From Candidatus Binatia bacterium (lineage in GTDB: Bacteria > Desulfobacterota > Binatia > Bin18): 64,000 nucleotides of DNA. Numbering within the stretch: position 1 is the first letter of the stretch; each line of letters starts with the position of its first letter. Made by a program: the position numbers and the translations under genes. Location: NCBI GenBank assembly GCA_963664395.2, contig OY761159.2:3008001-3072000 (forward strand), written 5' to 3'. The notes under the pieces were generated by a model that was given only the letters and a program-made list of their open reading frames with translations, searched no databases and was not told the DNA's origin. Shown here in pieces: positions 28,534 to 38,105 of this stretch.

Positions 28534-29865
28534 TCAGCCGAGCTGCTGCTTGGCTTTGATGTCTTGCTCCAAAGTCTTGCCGGTCAGCCAGAAAAAGACG
28601 GCGGACAGGAGACTGGTACTGACTGCCACCCCGAGCAAGGAGTAGCGAATCGCATCCGGCGTACCGATCAGATCGTTGAGAATGCCGACCGTTTGGGGGC
28701 CGGCACCAAGGCCGATCAGCGTCAGAATAAAAATAAAGACGGCAGAAGCCGTGGCCCGCATGGCCGGAGGAGCGAGGTCTTGAACAATTGAGCTGGCCGG
28801 TCCCAACCACATCGTGCCAAATACATTCGCGGGAAAGAGACACAGTAAAGCCAGGGTTGTATTATCGAATATCAAGGCTCCGACGATAAAAGGAGTCGAA
28901 CACAGCACGCCCACCAGACTGATATGGGCCCGCGCCTTAGGTTGGTCCCTGACCCAGCGGTCCGCAAGCCAGCCGCCGGAAAAGGCGCCGATTGCTCCGC
29001 CTATGCCCGTAATCCAGGACAGCCACAATCCAAGCTCTCCGGTTGTCATGCCGTGCAGACGAATAAAAAAGGCAGGAATCCAGGCCGCTAATCCGTAGCC
29101 GACAAAGGCTTGAAAAGCCGCCCCCAAACTAATCCGACGACCGCTGGGCAGGCGGGTAAGAAACTGCCAGGTTTCACCCAGGCTATAGGCACGACTCGCT
29201 GCTGCCGTACGCTCGCTCATGCCGCGCAGGGGCTCGCGGACAGTGAAACGAACCACGAAGGCCATGGCCACCCCAGGAAGGCCGATAACCATAAACGCCA
29301 CCCGCCAGCCAAAGGCGTCATTCAGCCAGCCACCCAGCCAGAATCCCAGACCCACGCCCACATAAATGCCACACGCATACACGGCTAACACGGTTGCGCG
29401 TTTCTCCGGGGAGAAATAGTCGGACAAGAGGGAGTGGGCCGGCGGGGTGCAGCCGGCTTCGCCAATGCCGACGCCAACCCGGGCCACGGCCAACTCGGTA
29501 AAATTCCGGGCCAAGCCTGAGGCGGCGGTCATCAGGCTCCAGCTCGCAATGCTCAGGGCAATTAAACTCCGCCGGACCCACCGGTCCGCCACACGGGCGA
29601 GGGGCAGGCCGGCAATCGCGTAAAAAACCGCAAAGGCAAAACCAGTCAGAAAACCCATGGCCGTGTCTGAGACTTGCAGGTCTTCTTTAATCGGCTGGAG
29701 CAGGATGGCCAGGATTTGACGATCAATAAAATTAAACACGTACACCACAAAGAGGACGGCCAAAACGTAATAGGCATACGGCCCGCCGACCTCAGGGGGG
29801 GAGGCGTGCGGCTGAGCCGGAGCGGCGTTCTGGTCGGGATGGTCTTCCGTTGAGGTGGGTGGCAT
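28534..29865 (-). CDS. MFS transporter (Spinster-like)
   Basis: Motifs FNFIDRQILAIL and GIGEAGCTPPAHSLLSDYF. Confidence 0.9.
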   Translation of the reverse strand: MPPTSTEDHPDQNAAPAQPHASPPEVGGPYAYYVLAVLFVVYVFNFIDRQILAILLQPIKEDLQVSDTAMGFLTGFAFAVFYAIAGLPLARVADRWVRRSLIALSIASWSLMTAASGLARNFTELAVARVGVGIGEAGCTPPAHSLLSDYFSPEKRATVLAVYACGIYVGVGLGFWLGGWLNDAFGWRVAFMVIGLPGVAMAFVVRFTVREPLRGMSERTAAASRAYSLGETWQFLTRLPSGRRISLGAAFQAFVGYGLAAWIPAFFIRLHGMTTGELGLWLSWITGIGGAIGAFSGGWLADRWVRDQPKARAHISLVGVLCSTPFIVGALIFDNTTLALLCLFPANVFGTMWLGPASSIVQDLAPPAMRATASAVFIFILTLIGLGAGPQTVGILNDLIGTPDAIRYSLLGVAVSTSLLSAVFFWLTGKTLEQDIKAKQQLG

Positions 29866-30020
29866 GCGTTCCCCTTTTTGACAAATGCTCTCCTTCTCAT
29901 CTGAAGCGCCGGCTGTTGTCAAGAATCGCCTCAGCAGCGCCCGCACTGATGCATAGCTGACGGTACAAAAGGGACGTGTTAGAGTCGCGCGACCGAACAG
30001 TGCAAATGGGGGAAATATTT

Positions 30021-31016
30021 ATGGCTCACAAAATTTCAATTGGCATCGACTGGCAAGGCAAGCTCGACTACAAGGCGCTGTGTGAAAAGGTCCGAATCGC
30101 GGATGCGGTTGGTGTGCATTCGGCCTGGGTGCCGGAAGCCTGGGGGCGGGATGCGTTCACCATTTTGACCCTTTTGGCGGACAAGACTCAAAATATCAAT
30201 CTCGGCACGGCGATTGTGAATACCTACTCACGCACTCCCGCCGCGCTTGCCCAGCACTTTGCCACCCTGGATGAGGTCTCTGGCGGGCGGATGCTGCTCG
30301 GCCTGGGGACGAGTGGCCCACAGGTGATTGAGCACTTTCATGGGGTCGCGTTCAATCCTCCCCTCCAGCGCATGCGTGAGTATGTGGAAATCATCAACAC
30401 CATTATGAAGGGCGAGCCGCTCAAATACTCGGGTAAGCTGTTTGACCTGCAACGCGGCTTTACGTTGCGCTTCCAACCCGTTCGCGCCCATATTCCGATT
30501 TATCTGGCAACGATCAATGCCAAGAGTGTGAAAATGACGGCAGAACTGGCAGACGGCTGGCTACCGATTCTGATTCCCATTGAGCAGCTCAAGAGTGAAA
30601 TTGACAATCTGCGCCAAGCCAGCGTGGCCGTCGGCCGGCCGACCGACGCGGTCGCCGTCCGTTCGCCCGGCACCATCACGGTGACTCCACAGGTTGATAA
30701 AGCCCGCGCCGCCTCAGCCGGTATGCTGGCCTTTTACATTGGCCGCATGGGGACATTCTACGCCGCCCAACTCACCCGGCTAGGCTATGGGGCAGCGGTT
30801 GAAACAGTCAAAAAAGCCTGGGCGGGTGGCTCACGCGCCGCCGCCGAAGCCGTACCCGATCAATTAGTTGACGCAACCGGCTGCGTGGGATCGGTGGAAG
30901 CGGGCATTGAGCGTCTACAAGCTCAGGAAGAGTGCGGGGTAGACCTGCATCATGTCAATGTGCAGGCCGAGAATAATACAGAGTATGAGCGGATTTTGAC
31001 GAAGTTGGTCGGGTGA
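30021..31016 (+). CDS. LLM-class oxidoreductase (Mer/F420-like)
   Basis: Motifs WVPEAWGRDA, RTPAALAQ and LGLGTSGPQVIEHFHG. Confidence 0.88.
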   Translation: MAHKISIGIDWQGKLDYKALCEKVRIADAVGVHSAWVPEAWGRDAFTILTLLADKTQNINLGTAIVNTYSRTPAALAQHFATLDEVSGGRMLLGLGTSGPQVIEHFHGVAFNPPLQRMREYVEIINTIMKGEPLKYSGKLFDLQRGFTLRFQPVRAHIPIYLATINAKSVKMTAELADGWLPILIPIEQLKSEIDNLRQASVAVGRPTDAVAVRSPGTITVTPQVDKARAASAGMLAFYIGRMGTFYAAQLTRLGYGAAVETVKKAWAGGSRAAAEAVPDQLVDATGCVGSVEAGIERLQAQEECGVDLHHVNVQAENNTEYERILTKLVG

Positions 31017-31022
31017 TACGGC

Positions 31023-31044
31023 GGGGCGATCTTCGTGATCGCTC
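31023..31044. repeat. REP-like hairpin
   Basis: GGGGCGATC-TTCGT-GATCGCTC just after the stop codon. Confidence 0.5.
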
Positions 31045-31083
31045 TCGATCTATTCTTGGTCCCCTCCCTTAAAGAAAAAGGTT

Positions 31084-31992
31084 GTGAAAGCTTTTGAAGG
31101 AACACGAGGTGAGGATGAAAATGATGAGAGGAATAATATGGACCCGACGAGCTATTTTCTAGAGAAATTAGAAACCGCCAAAGAAAAATATGAAGATAAA
31201 CGACTCAGGTATTTCCGCATTGCTATTGCACCAGACTTTTGGGAGAAGGTTCGAGAGATCATTAAAAGGGAAGCTGCTACGACGTCAAACCCGAAACTCC
31301 CGGTACTATTTTTCCTTTTTGATAGAAGAGATGTGGAGGACCTCCAACCCCTTGATCGATTTTTAGGCTACTTGAAGGAGAGTAAAGAACCGAGGCATCA
31401 AGGTGGATTTTGGAGTCTAGCAAGACTCCTACAGGATAAAACAGCAGCCTATAGGCAAGTCGCTGGGGCTATTTTCGAAATGGAAATTCTGAGCCGTCTT
31501 TTGGAGAAGAACCCAGGAGGTTCTTTCGACCCATATCCACAAGTCCAAGAAAACAACCCAGACGCGTGGATTATCCTAGGAGGGAAGACGGTCTACTTTG
31601 AAGCTACCATTCGCTCACAGTCAGAAGAGCAGGAACGTTATTTGGAAATCGGTCATACTTCTTCTCCAGTTGTGGTTGGTGTCAGTGATCTACGAGGCGA
31701 CGCTCGCCGAATAACCAGAAGGATTAAGGGTAAACAAAGCCAGCAAGTAGCTCGGGCGCCGAATATTCTCTGTATTGGCCTCCCTGATTTTAGTCCCGAC
31801 CCTCTAATCCTAGAGTGGAATGTTCCTTCTATTTTTAAAGAGGAACCTCAGCTAACAGGTGTCTTAGTCTTTCGGTGGGAGAGTTTAGGTTTTCTGCCGG
31901 AAAAGCAATTCCATAATCCATCCCCGCATCCTGATAGCCAACTCTCAGAAGTAGAATGGCAGACTATTCTGGATTGGTTTGGTTTTTCCTAA
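31084..31992 (+). CDS. AT-richer hypothetical protein with a possible PD-(D/E)XK-like fold
   Basis: 302-aa ORF with visibly atypical composition and the segment FEMEI...PDAWIILGGKTVYFEAT; the start may be 31138. Confidence 0.6.
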   Translation: MKAFEGTRGEDENDERNNMDPTSYFLEKLETAKEKYEDKRLRYFRIAIAPDFWEKVREIIKREAATTSNPKLPVLFFLFDRRDVEDLQPLDRFLGYLKESKEPRHQGGFWSLARLLQDKTAAYRQVAGAIFEMEILSRLLEKNPGGSFDPYPQVQENNPDAWIILGGKTVYFEATIRSQSEEQERYLEIGHTSSPVVVGVSDLRGDARRITRRIKGKQSQQVARAPNILCIGLPDFSPDPLILEWNVPSIFKEEPQLTGVLVFRWESLGFLPEKQFHNPSPHPDSQLSEVEWQTILDWFGFS

Positions 31993-32020
31993 GACTTGTT
32001 GACAGCAAACACTGTCACAA

Positions 32021-32131
32021 TTACTGACCGAACGCCTCAACCAGTGTATGCATATCTTCCCCGGTGATTTGGCTCGTAGGGGGGGAGGCGACGATGGGCT
32101 GCTGTACGCCGGCGTCGATAAAATGACCGAG
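32021..32131 (-). pseudogene. Orphan duplicate of the last 37 codons of the LLM gene at 32717-33700
   Basis: 111 bp aligning without gaps to 32717-32827 with 15 mismatches; reads LGHFIDAGVQQPIVASPPTSQITGEDMHTLVEAFGQ*. Confidence 0.92.
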
Positions 32132-32135
32132 CCTT

Positions 32136-32208
32136 GTAGGTCGGGTTAGCCGTAGGCGTAACCCGACGGCCCGTCCTTGTCGGATTACGCTCTGCTAATC
32201 CGACCTAC
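32136..32208. repeat. GTAG-family REP doublet (REPIN)
   Basis: GTAGGTCGGGTTAGCCGTAGGCGTAACCCGAC followed by the inverted GTCGGATTACGCTCTGCTAATCCGACCTAC. Confidence 0.85.
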
Positions 32209-32402
32209 TCACTGATCTCGAATTGCATTTCTTTTGTATTGCCTACGACCCGTGAAGCCTGCATGATCTCAAAGCGGACGATTCCTCCATCGTAACCAAA
32301 GTCGGCGATGACCCCGGGGCGAACCTCGTCACTTTCCTTGATGCGATCATCTCGGAGCGTAATGACCAAAGAGTCGGTCTCTTTGTCATAATTGACTCTC
32401 AT
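32205..32402 (-). CDS. DUF2283-family protein (putative antitoxin)
   Basis: MRVNYDKETDSLVI...GVIADF...GIVRFEI; the TAG stop is supplied by the REP. Confidence 0.85.
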   Translation of the reverse strand: MRVNYDKETDSLVITLRDDRIKESDEVRPGVIADFGYDGGIVRFEIMQASRVVGNTKEMQFEISE

Positions 32403-32671
32403 GAGGTATGTCCTTTCAGGTATCGTGTGATCTGGGACGTTTTATACACAGACACAACAACCCTCTCTCCTATTGTTTCCTCAACAATGACACGAAGCAA
32501 CATCTCTTGCTGTAATACTTTATCGAAGTAAGGACGCATATAAATCGAACGAGGTATCTGGCCCGGCGTGATAACGGTAGGCTGATCCAATGCCTGATTG
32601 ACTTCCTCTTGGTCAATTTCGCGATCGGTTAAATTTTGTAGCGCGTGGAGAGTCCAACGGATCGATTTCAT
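32399..32671 (-). CDS. DUF4258-family protein (putative RelE-like toxin)
   Basis: WTLHALQNLTDREI...LLRVIVEE...VVSVYKT; ATGA overlap with DUF2283. Confidence 0.8.
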   Translation of the reverse strand: MKSIRWTLHALQNLTDREIDQEEVNQALDQPTVITPGQIPRSIYMRPYFDKVLQQEMLLRVIVEETIGERVVVSVYKTSQITRYLKGHTS

Positions 32672-32716
32672 TTGCTCCCACTTTACTGCCCCGTAGCGCT
32701 TCCCGGACCCTCCGCC

Positions 32717-33700
32717 TTACTGCCCAAACGTCTCAACCAGCGTATGCAGGTCTTCCCCGGTGAGTTGACTTGTTGGAGGGGCTGCGACGATGGGCTGCTC
32801 CACGCCGGCGTCGATAAAATGACCGAGTTGAGTGCGGCAGTCTTCGGGCGGGCCGAACACAAATAACTCTTCGACCATGGAATCTGGAATAGCTTCTTCC
32901 GCTCCCTTCCGATCTCCAGCCTGCCAGCGGGCATGCACTTCGTCCAGAATGTCGCTATATCCAAAACGGCGAAAGCCTTGGATATACGTGTTGGCCTGGC
33001 AGTAGCCAACCAACACATGCCGGAGTTGTTTGAGCGCCAGATCGCGGTCCTGTTTGACCAGCGTATGCACATAGCAGCCGATCTCAATATCGCTCAGACT
33101 GCGCCCGGCGCGTTCCGCCCCTTTGGCGATCTCGGCGAGTGAGTGCGGAATCTGCCGGGCGGGCAGCCAGGCCAGCAGCACGCCGTCGGCAATTTCTCCG
33201 GCTAACTGAAGCATGCGCGGATTCACGGCCGCCAGATAAATTGGCATTGGCTCGGAAAGTGCGATGCTGAGTCGAAACCCCTGGGGCTTATAGAACTGTC
33301 CGTCTTGCGTCACCCGCTCGCCAGCCAGCACACGGCGGACAATATCCACGTATTCGCGGGTGCGCGCCACCGGATGATCCCAGGCAATGCCGTGAAAAGT
33401 ATTGATGTTGCGGGTGCTCACCCCAATGCCCAGGCGTGCGCGACCGGGCGCAATCAAATCCATGCTAGCGGCCTGCATGGCGGTCAGGGTCGGCGGGCGG
33501 AGGTAGAGCGAGATGATGCCGGTGCCGACATGAATGCGCTGCGTGGAGGCCAGAAAGGCGGTGACCAGCGTACTCGTCTCCGTTCCCCAGGCCTCTCCAA
33601 ACCACAGACTCTCAAAGCCGCGTTCCTCTGCCTTGAGCGCAACTTCTTTATAGACTTCAAAATGGTGCCCGGTTGGCGGTAGGCCGAGTCCTATGCGCAT
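32717..33700 (-). CDS. LLM-class oxidoreductase (Mer/F420-like)
   Basis: Motifs LWFGEAWG and PIYLAAVNPRMLQLAGEIADG. Confidence 0.88.
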   Translation of the reverse strand: MRIGLGLPPTGHHFEVYKEVALKAEERGFESLWFGEAWGTETSTLVTAFLASTQRIHVGTGIISLYLRPPTLTAMQAASMDLIAPGRARLGIGVSTRNINTFHGIAWDHPVARTREYVDIVRRVLAGERVTQDGQFYKPQGFRLSIALSEPMPIYLAAVNPRMLQLAGEIADGVLLAWLPARQIPHSLAEIAKGAERAGRSLSDIEIGCYVHTLVKQDRDLALKQLRHVLVGYCQANTYIQGFRRFGYSDILDEVHARWQAGDRKGAEEAIPDSMVEELFVFGPPEDCRTQLGHFIDAGVEQPIVAAPPTSQLTGEDLHTLVETFGQ

Positions 33701-33728
33701 ATTGGTTTCTCCTTTTTCCCTGTCCGGT

Positions 33729-35771
33729 CTACTTGCTTTCGTATTTTTCTTCGTGTTCTTCGGCTAACGCCGTCCACTCCGTATACTGAGCGTCGAGTTG
33801 GTGTTTGACCTGCTCATACCGACTCGCCACCTCGCGGGCTTTTTCCTGATCCTGAAACGTCTTCTCATCGGCGAGGCGGCTTTCGAGCGTTTCTTTCTGG
33901 TCCTCCAGCGTGGCGATGTTTTGCTCAATCGCGGCAAGGCGTTTGGCCCGTTTTTGACGTTCGGCCCGGGTGGCCTTTTGCTGTTGGTAGGAGCGTTTCC
34001 CGCGTTCGGCTGCACGAATGGCTGCCAGCGTCCCTTCAATACCGTCGGCGTTTGCTGGAGCGGTTGCCTGCGGCACTGTCTTCTGAGTGGGGGCCTGTTC
34101 CTTGAGTGGCGACTGGCGTTCCCGTCGTTCTTTCCAGGCCAGAAACTCCTCAAACGTTCCGGGGTAGGCCGTGCAGCACCCGTCCTGGAGTTCTATTACT
34201 TTTGTCACGAGACCATTAAGAAAATAGCGATCATGCGACGCTACGACAAAAGTCCCGTCATACTGAAGCAGGGCTTCTTTTAAGATGTCTTTGGTCCGCA
34301 TATCGAGATGATTGGTCGGCTCATCAAGAACGAGCATATTCGAGGCCTGTAAGAGCATTCTGGCTAAGGCCAGCCGGCTCTTTTCTCCGCCGCTCAGTAC
34401 GGCGACCCGCTTCTCAACCATATCCCCGGAAAAGAGAAATGCGCCCAGCAGGGTGCGGAGCCGGGGGATAACGTCGGTTGCCGCTTCTCGGGCGATCTCT
34501 TCATAGACGGTGTTATTACCCTGTAAGTGCTCAGCCTGTTGCTGGGCATAGTAATCAAGAACGACCTGATGCCCGAGCTGGCGGCTGCCCGAGGTTGGCT
34601 CTTCAACCCCGGATAAGAGGCGACTGAGAGTGGACTTGCCGGCCCCGTTGACGCCGACCAAAGCGACCCGCTCGCCGCGTTCGATCACAAGGTTCAGATT
34701 CTCGAATACCTGTAGGTTGGCATAGCGTTTACTGATGCCCTGCAACTCAATCACGCGCCGTCCGCTCCGCGCTGCCCGAGGAAAATGAAAGCGCACGTCT
34801 TGGGGAATATTCTGGGGTGGATCAAGCTTGTGCATCTTCTCAAGCTGCTTGACCCGACTTTGGACCTGGGAGGCTTTCCGGGCGTTATAGCGAAACGTGT
34901 TGATAAAACGGGTAATGCGTCCAATCTCTTCCTGCTGAGCGCCATAGGCTTTTCGATACGCCTGCATGTGTTCTGCGAATATGCGCTCAAAAGCCGAGTA
35001 GTTACCCGTATATTCGGTCAGGGTGCAGCGGTGCAGGGCGACCACACGATTGACCATACGATCCAGAAAGGTCCGGTCGTGCGACACGATGACAATGCTG
35101 CCACGATAATTGCGCAGATACGACTCAAGCCACAGAAGCGAGTCGAGATCGAGGTGGTTCGTCGGCTCGTCCAGCAGCAAGACATCGGGTCGTTGGAGCA
35201 GGAGCTTGGCCAGCGCGATCCGCATTTGCCAGCCACCGCTGAAAGTCTCAGTGTGCGCCGTAAATTGCGCTTCGTGAAAGCCCAGACCGGTGAGGACTTT
35301 GGCGACTTGGGCATCGGCCTGAAACCCTCCGAGTTCTTCGAGGCGATGCTGGATGTCTCCGTAGCGTGCAATCAATTCTTCTTGCAGCTCCTCTTGCGGT
35401 TCTTCTTGGGACTCTTGCGTCGGCGGCTTGGCGGCCGTTCCGGCAGCGTTATCGAGCGTTGCTTGAATCGTAGCCAGTTCGTGTTGCAGCGCGGTCAGCT
35501 CCGGTAAGGCAGAGCGCGTTTCAGAGAAGAGATCGCGTCTGGACATTTCGATTCCTTCCTGGGGCAGATAGCCGATGCTGAGGTCTCGGCTGCGCTGGAA
35601 GGCGCCCTCATCGGGCTCAATTTGTCCGGTCAACAGGCGGAAGAGTGTCGTCTTGCCGGCGCCGTTGGGACCAACCAAACCCACCCGGTCGCCCATCCGA
35701 AGGTGCCAGTTCAGATTGCGAAACAGTTCCTGTCCGCCAAAGGCGAGCGATAAATTAATGAGTTGCAGCAT
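33729..35771 (-). CDS. ABC-F family ATP-binding protein
   Basis: Two NBDs (GPNGAGKT/SGGWQMR/LLLDEPTNHLD and GVNGAGKS/LSGGEK/LDEPTNHLD), a C-terminal coiled coil and no TM domain. Confidence 0.95.
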   Translation of the reverse strand: MLQLINLSLAFGGQELFRNLNWHLRMGDRVGLVGPNGAGKTTLFRLLTGQIEPDEGAFQRSRDLSIGYLPQEGIEMSRRDLFSETRSALPELTALQHELATIQATLDNAAGTAAKPPTQESQEEPQEELQEELIARYGDIQHRLEELGGFQADAQVAKVLTGLGFHEAQFTAHTETFSGGWQMRIALAKLLLQRPDVLLLDEPTNHLDLDSLLWLESYLRNYRGSIVIVSHDRTFLDRMVNRVVALHRCTLTEYTGNYSAFERIFAEHMQAYRKAYGAQQEEIGRITRFINTFRYNARKASQVQSRVKQLEKMHKLDPPQNIPQDVRFHFPRAARSGRRVIELQGISKRYANLQVFENLNLVIERGERVALVGVNGAGKSTLSRLLSGVEEPTSGSRQLGHQVVLDYYAQQQAEHLQGNNTVYEEIAREAATDVIPRLRTLLGAFLFSGDMVEKRVAVLSGGEKSRLALARMLLQASNMLVLDEPTNHLDMRTKDILKEALLQYDGTFVVASHDRYFLNGLVTKVIELQDGCCTAYPGTFEEFLAWKERRERQSPLKEQAPTQKTVPQATAPANADGIEGTLAAIRAAERGKRSYQQQKATRAERQKRAKRLAAIEQNIATLEDQKETLESRLADEKTFQDQEKAREVASRYEQVKHQLDAQYTEWTALAEEHEEKYESK

Positions 35772-36012
35772 ATATCCCGACAACGTTCAGGCCGCGCGTC
35801 TTTACTCGTGGTTCAGGGAACGAAGAGCGACGCTTCAGGCGGCAAGAAAAAATTTCTGTGTGGAACTTACAGCAGACGCGCGGCAGCGTATAGATTGCCG
35901 TGAGCGCAGCCTCTCCAGTCTTCTCGCGCATCACCTGCCGCGGCCAATTGCCCAACGACGATTGCTTCAAGCTTGGCGAGAGTGACTTGGTAATCCTCCG
36001 AGGTTCTTCATC

Positions 36013-37158
36013 TTATGAGACTGCCTTCTTCTCAAGCAAGAACAAGAACTCTCGGTTTGGTTGTTCCAGGTTTCTTACCCATTCATTTGTCCACTTCATA
36101 CCGGCCATAACGCTCTTCTTATAGTGAAGCTCAACGACATCCAGGAGTCTCCCGTTACTACGCATCACTTCGTTCAGCTCTTCGGCTGTTGCCCGCCCTC
36201 CGGAACTGTACGAGAGGATAATCCAGCGAGTTTGAGTCGCCTTGATAAGTTTCTCGATTGCTTCAACTGCAATGCGGCGCCCAGTGGCGTTGCAGCGGAA
36301 CTCCTCGAATACGGATGTGGCCACCGTATCCGACGTATCCGTGCGACGATTGGCCTTGCCGAAAAGCTCTGGTTTGTCGAAGAGACATACGCTTGTCCAG
36401 ATGTGGTAGTACGCGGCGTATCGTACTCGTGACGGCGGCATTTTCTCGTTGTTCGAGCCATACGGCGGGTCGAAATACGCCAGGTCAACGGACGCACGCG
36501 GGAGCAGGTCAAAGATGTCGCCTCGGTAGACCCGATGTTCGTGCGCTGACGCAAAGACGTGCGGCACCCGCAGCACCAGTTGCTTATAGGAGCGAGGAGA
36601 CCAGTCTTTGAGATACGAGGCAAAGTGTCCCAGGCTGCTGTCCACGCGATCGAGCGCCAGGATGAGGCTGGTCAGAGCTACGGCTTGCTCCACAGGATCA
36701 AGGGCGAGCGCTTCGATTTCCTGTCGGACCGCGTCTAGTTTGCGGGTAGTATGGAGTTGCCAGGGGGCTTTGCGTCCGTCGTGCCGTACGGCGCAGCCTC
36801 CGTTGGGGTGTCCGCCATAGTGCTCGGTGAACCAGCCATCAACCGGCGGAACTGCGTTGAGATGATCAATAAGCGGCTGGTATGCCTCCGGTTCTTTTGT
36901 GTTGAGCAGATAGCAGGTGCCAAAAACCTGAGACCACACGGCAATGTCATTACACACGACGCGACAGCCATGTTTGGCGAGCGCCTGCGACACCCTGGTC
37001 GTACCCGAGAATCCATCCAAAACTGTCTTCGCACCAACTTTCTTGACCAATTGCAGTATGTGGGGGATGAGCTTCAGCTTAGAACCGGCGTACTTGATAC
37101 CCTCTGTAGATGGGACGTCAAGTGCGAGATCGTCAAAGAGCGGAAGCGTTTGCAGCAT
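36013..37158 (-). CDS. N6-adenine DNA methyltransferase (D12 class, orphan)
   Basis: IKYAGSKLKL, DGFSGT (motif I), YFDPPY (motif IV) and ILSYS. Confidence 0.9.
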   Translation of the reverse strand: MLQTLPLFDDLALDVPSTEGIKYAGSKLKLIPHILQLVKKVGAKTVLDGFSGTTRVSQALAKHGCRVVCNDIAVWSQVFGTCYLLNTKEPEAYQPLIDHLNAVPPVDGWFTEHYGGHPNGGCAVRHDGRKAPWQLHTTRKLDAVRQEIEALALDPVEQAVALTSLILALDRVDSSLGHFASYLKDWSPRSYKQLVLRVPHVFASAHEHRVYRGDIFDLLPRASVDLAYFDPPYGSNNEKMPPSRVRYAAYYHIWTSVCLFDKPELFGKANRRTDTSDTVATSVFEEFRCNATGRRIAVEAIEKLIKATQTRWIILSYSSGGRATAEELNEVMRSNGRLLDVVELHYKKSVMAGMKWTNEWVRNLEQPNREFLFLLEKKAVS

Positions 37159-37215
37159 GTCTTTATCATGATCCAGGCGATATCGTGTGATGGATGGTGC
37201 GAGGAACGGTTGTAA

Positions 37216-38037
37216 TTATTCGTCTTCTTCCGGGGGTAATAACAGGGCTTCTCCCAGCGAACGGACCAACCAGCGATGCACATCCGCGACAAGGGTAGCC
37301 GCCTGCGGACCGGCCAGGAGCCAGTGACCTTGGTCCGGGTAGGTCAGGCTGGCTGTCTGCAGAGAGTCTGCGAGCCAACGCACAGCCGGAGAAGGCACCA
37401 TTGGGTCTTCCTGTCCCCAGACAACCAGGGCAGGACAGGGCAGGGGGACTGCCGGAAAATCGGTCTGGCCTCGGGTGAGGGTACGGACGACTTTGCCGGA
37501 GTCCGGCTCAAGCTGGGCGTGTAACCGGTCGTGCAGCGCTGCCGGAACCGTATGGAAAAGAAAATCGCGCGCAAGACGACGAGACGGGGGGGGATGGGCG
37601 CGATTCCAAAGGAGCGCCGGCAGGGCTGCGAGTCGAACCAGAGGGAGGGCAGGGCGCAGGTCAGGCTGCCAGTTGCAGGGCAGCAGGGGAGAGATGCACA
37701 CGAGGGCGCGGGGTTGTATACGGGCGGTGACCAGGAGCGCGAGGAGGCTGCCCAGATCAAAACTGATCACAATGGGCGCGCACCCGAGCGCAGCGCTGGC
37801 AGTGGTAATGGTAGTGAGATGATCTTCAAGGGAGGTGTGGCCACGCTGGCGGTATGGCTTCTGCTCATACAGGTCAAGCGCCCAGCATACCCAACCACGC
37901 TGAGAAAACCCCCACGCGACTTCATGCCATATCCAACTTCCCGTCCATAAACCGGGAAGCAAGAGAAGCGGGGCCGTAAATTTTTCGCGTTCCGGGAAGA
38001 TAGCCTCAGCGGTGTACGCGGCGAGTCGCTGTTTCAT
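37216..38037 (-). CDS. Alpha/beta-hydrolase fold protein with an atypical nucleophile motif
   Basis: LLLPGLWTG, SFDLG in place of GxSxG, GQEDPMV and GHWL. Confidence 0.75.
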   Translation of the reverse strand: MKQRLAAYTAEAIFPEREKFTAPLLLLPGLWTGSWIWHEVAWGFSQRGWVCWALDLYEQKPYRQRGHTSLEDHLTTITTASAALGCAPIVISFDLGSLLALLVTARIQPRALVCISPLLPCNWQPDLRPALPLVRLAALPALLWNRAHPPPSRRLARDFLFHTVPAALHDRLHAQLEPDSGKVVRTLTRGQTDFPAVPLPCPALVVWGQEDPMVPSPAVRWLADSLQTASLTYPDQGHWLLAGPQAATLVADVHRWLVRSLGEALLLPPEEDE

Positions 38038-38043
38038 ACGCAC

Positions 38044-38072
38044 AAAAAAAAGGCCCGCTTGGGGCCTTTTTT
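38044..38072. terminator. Bidirectional intrinsic terminator
   Basis: A8-GGCCC-loop-GGGCC-T6, downstream of the histone-like gene. Confidence 0.75.
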
Positions 38073-38105
38073 GGGGATCCTCCGCCTCGTGTATCGTTGT
38101 CGCGT

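Noticed and set aside
35772-36012. Leader peptide or attenuator for ABC-F
   Set aside because: No convincing uORF with RBS or terminator; only a short inverted repeat.
31084-37158. Orphan nuclease-like ORF and MTase as one restriction-modification system
   Set aside because: They are 4 kb apart, separated by unrelated genes, and differ in base composition.
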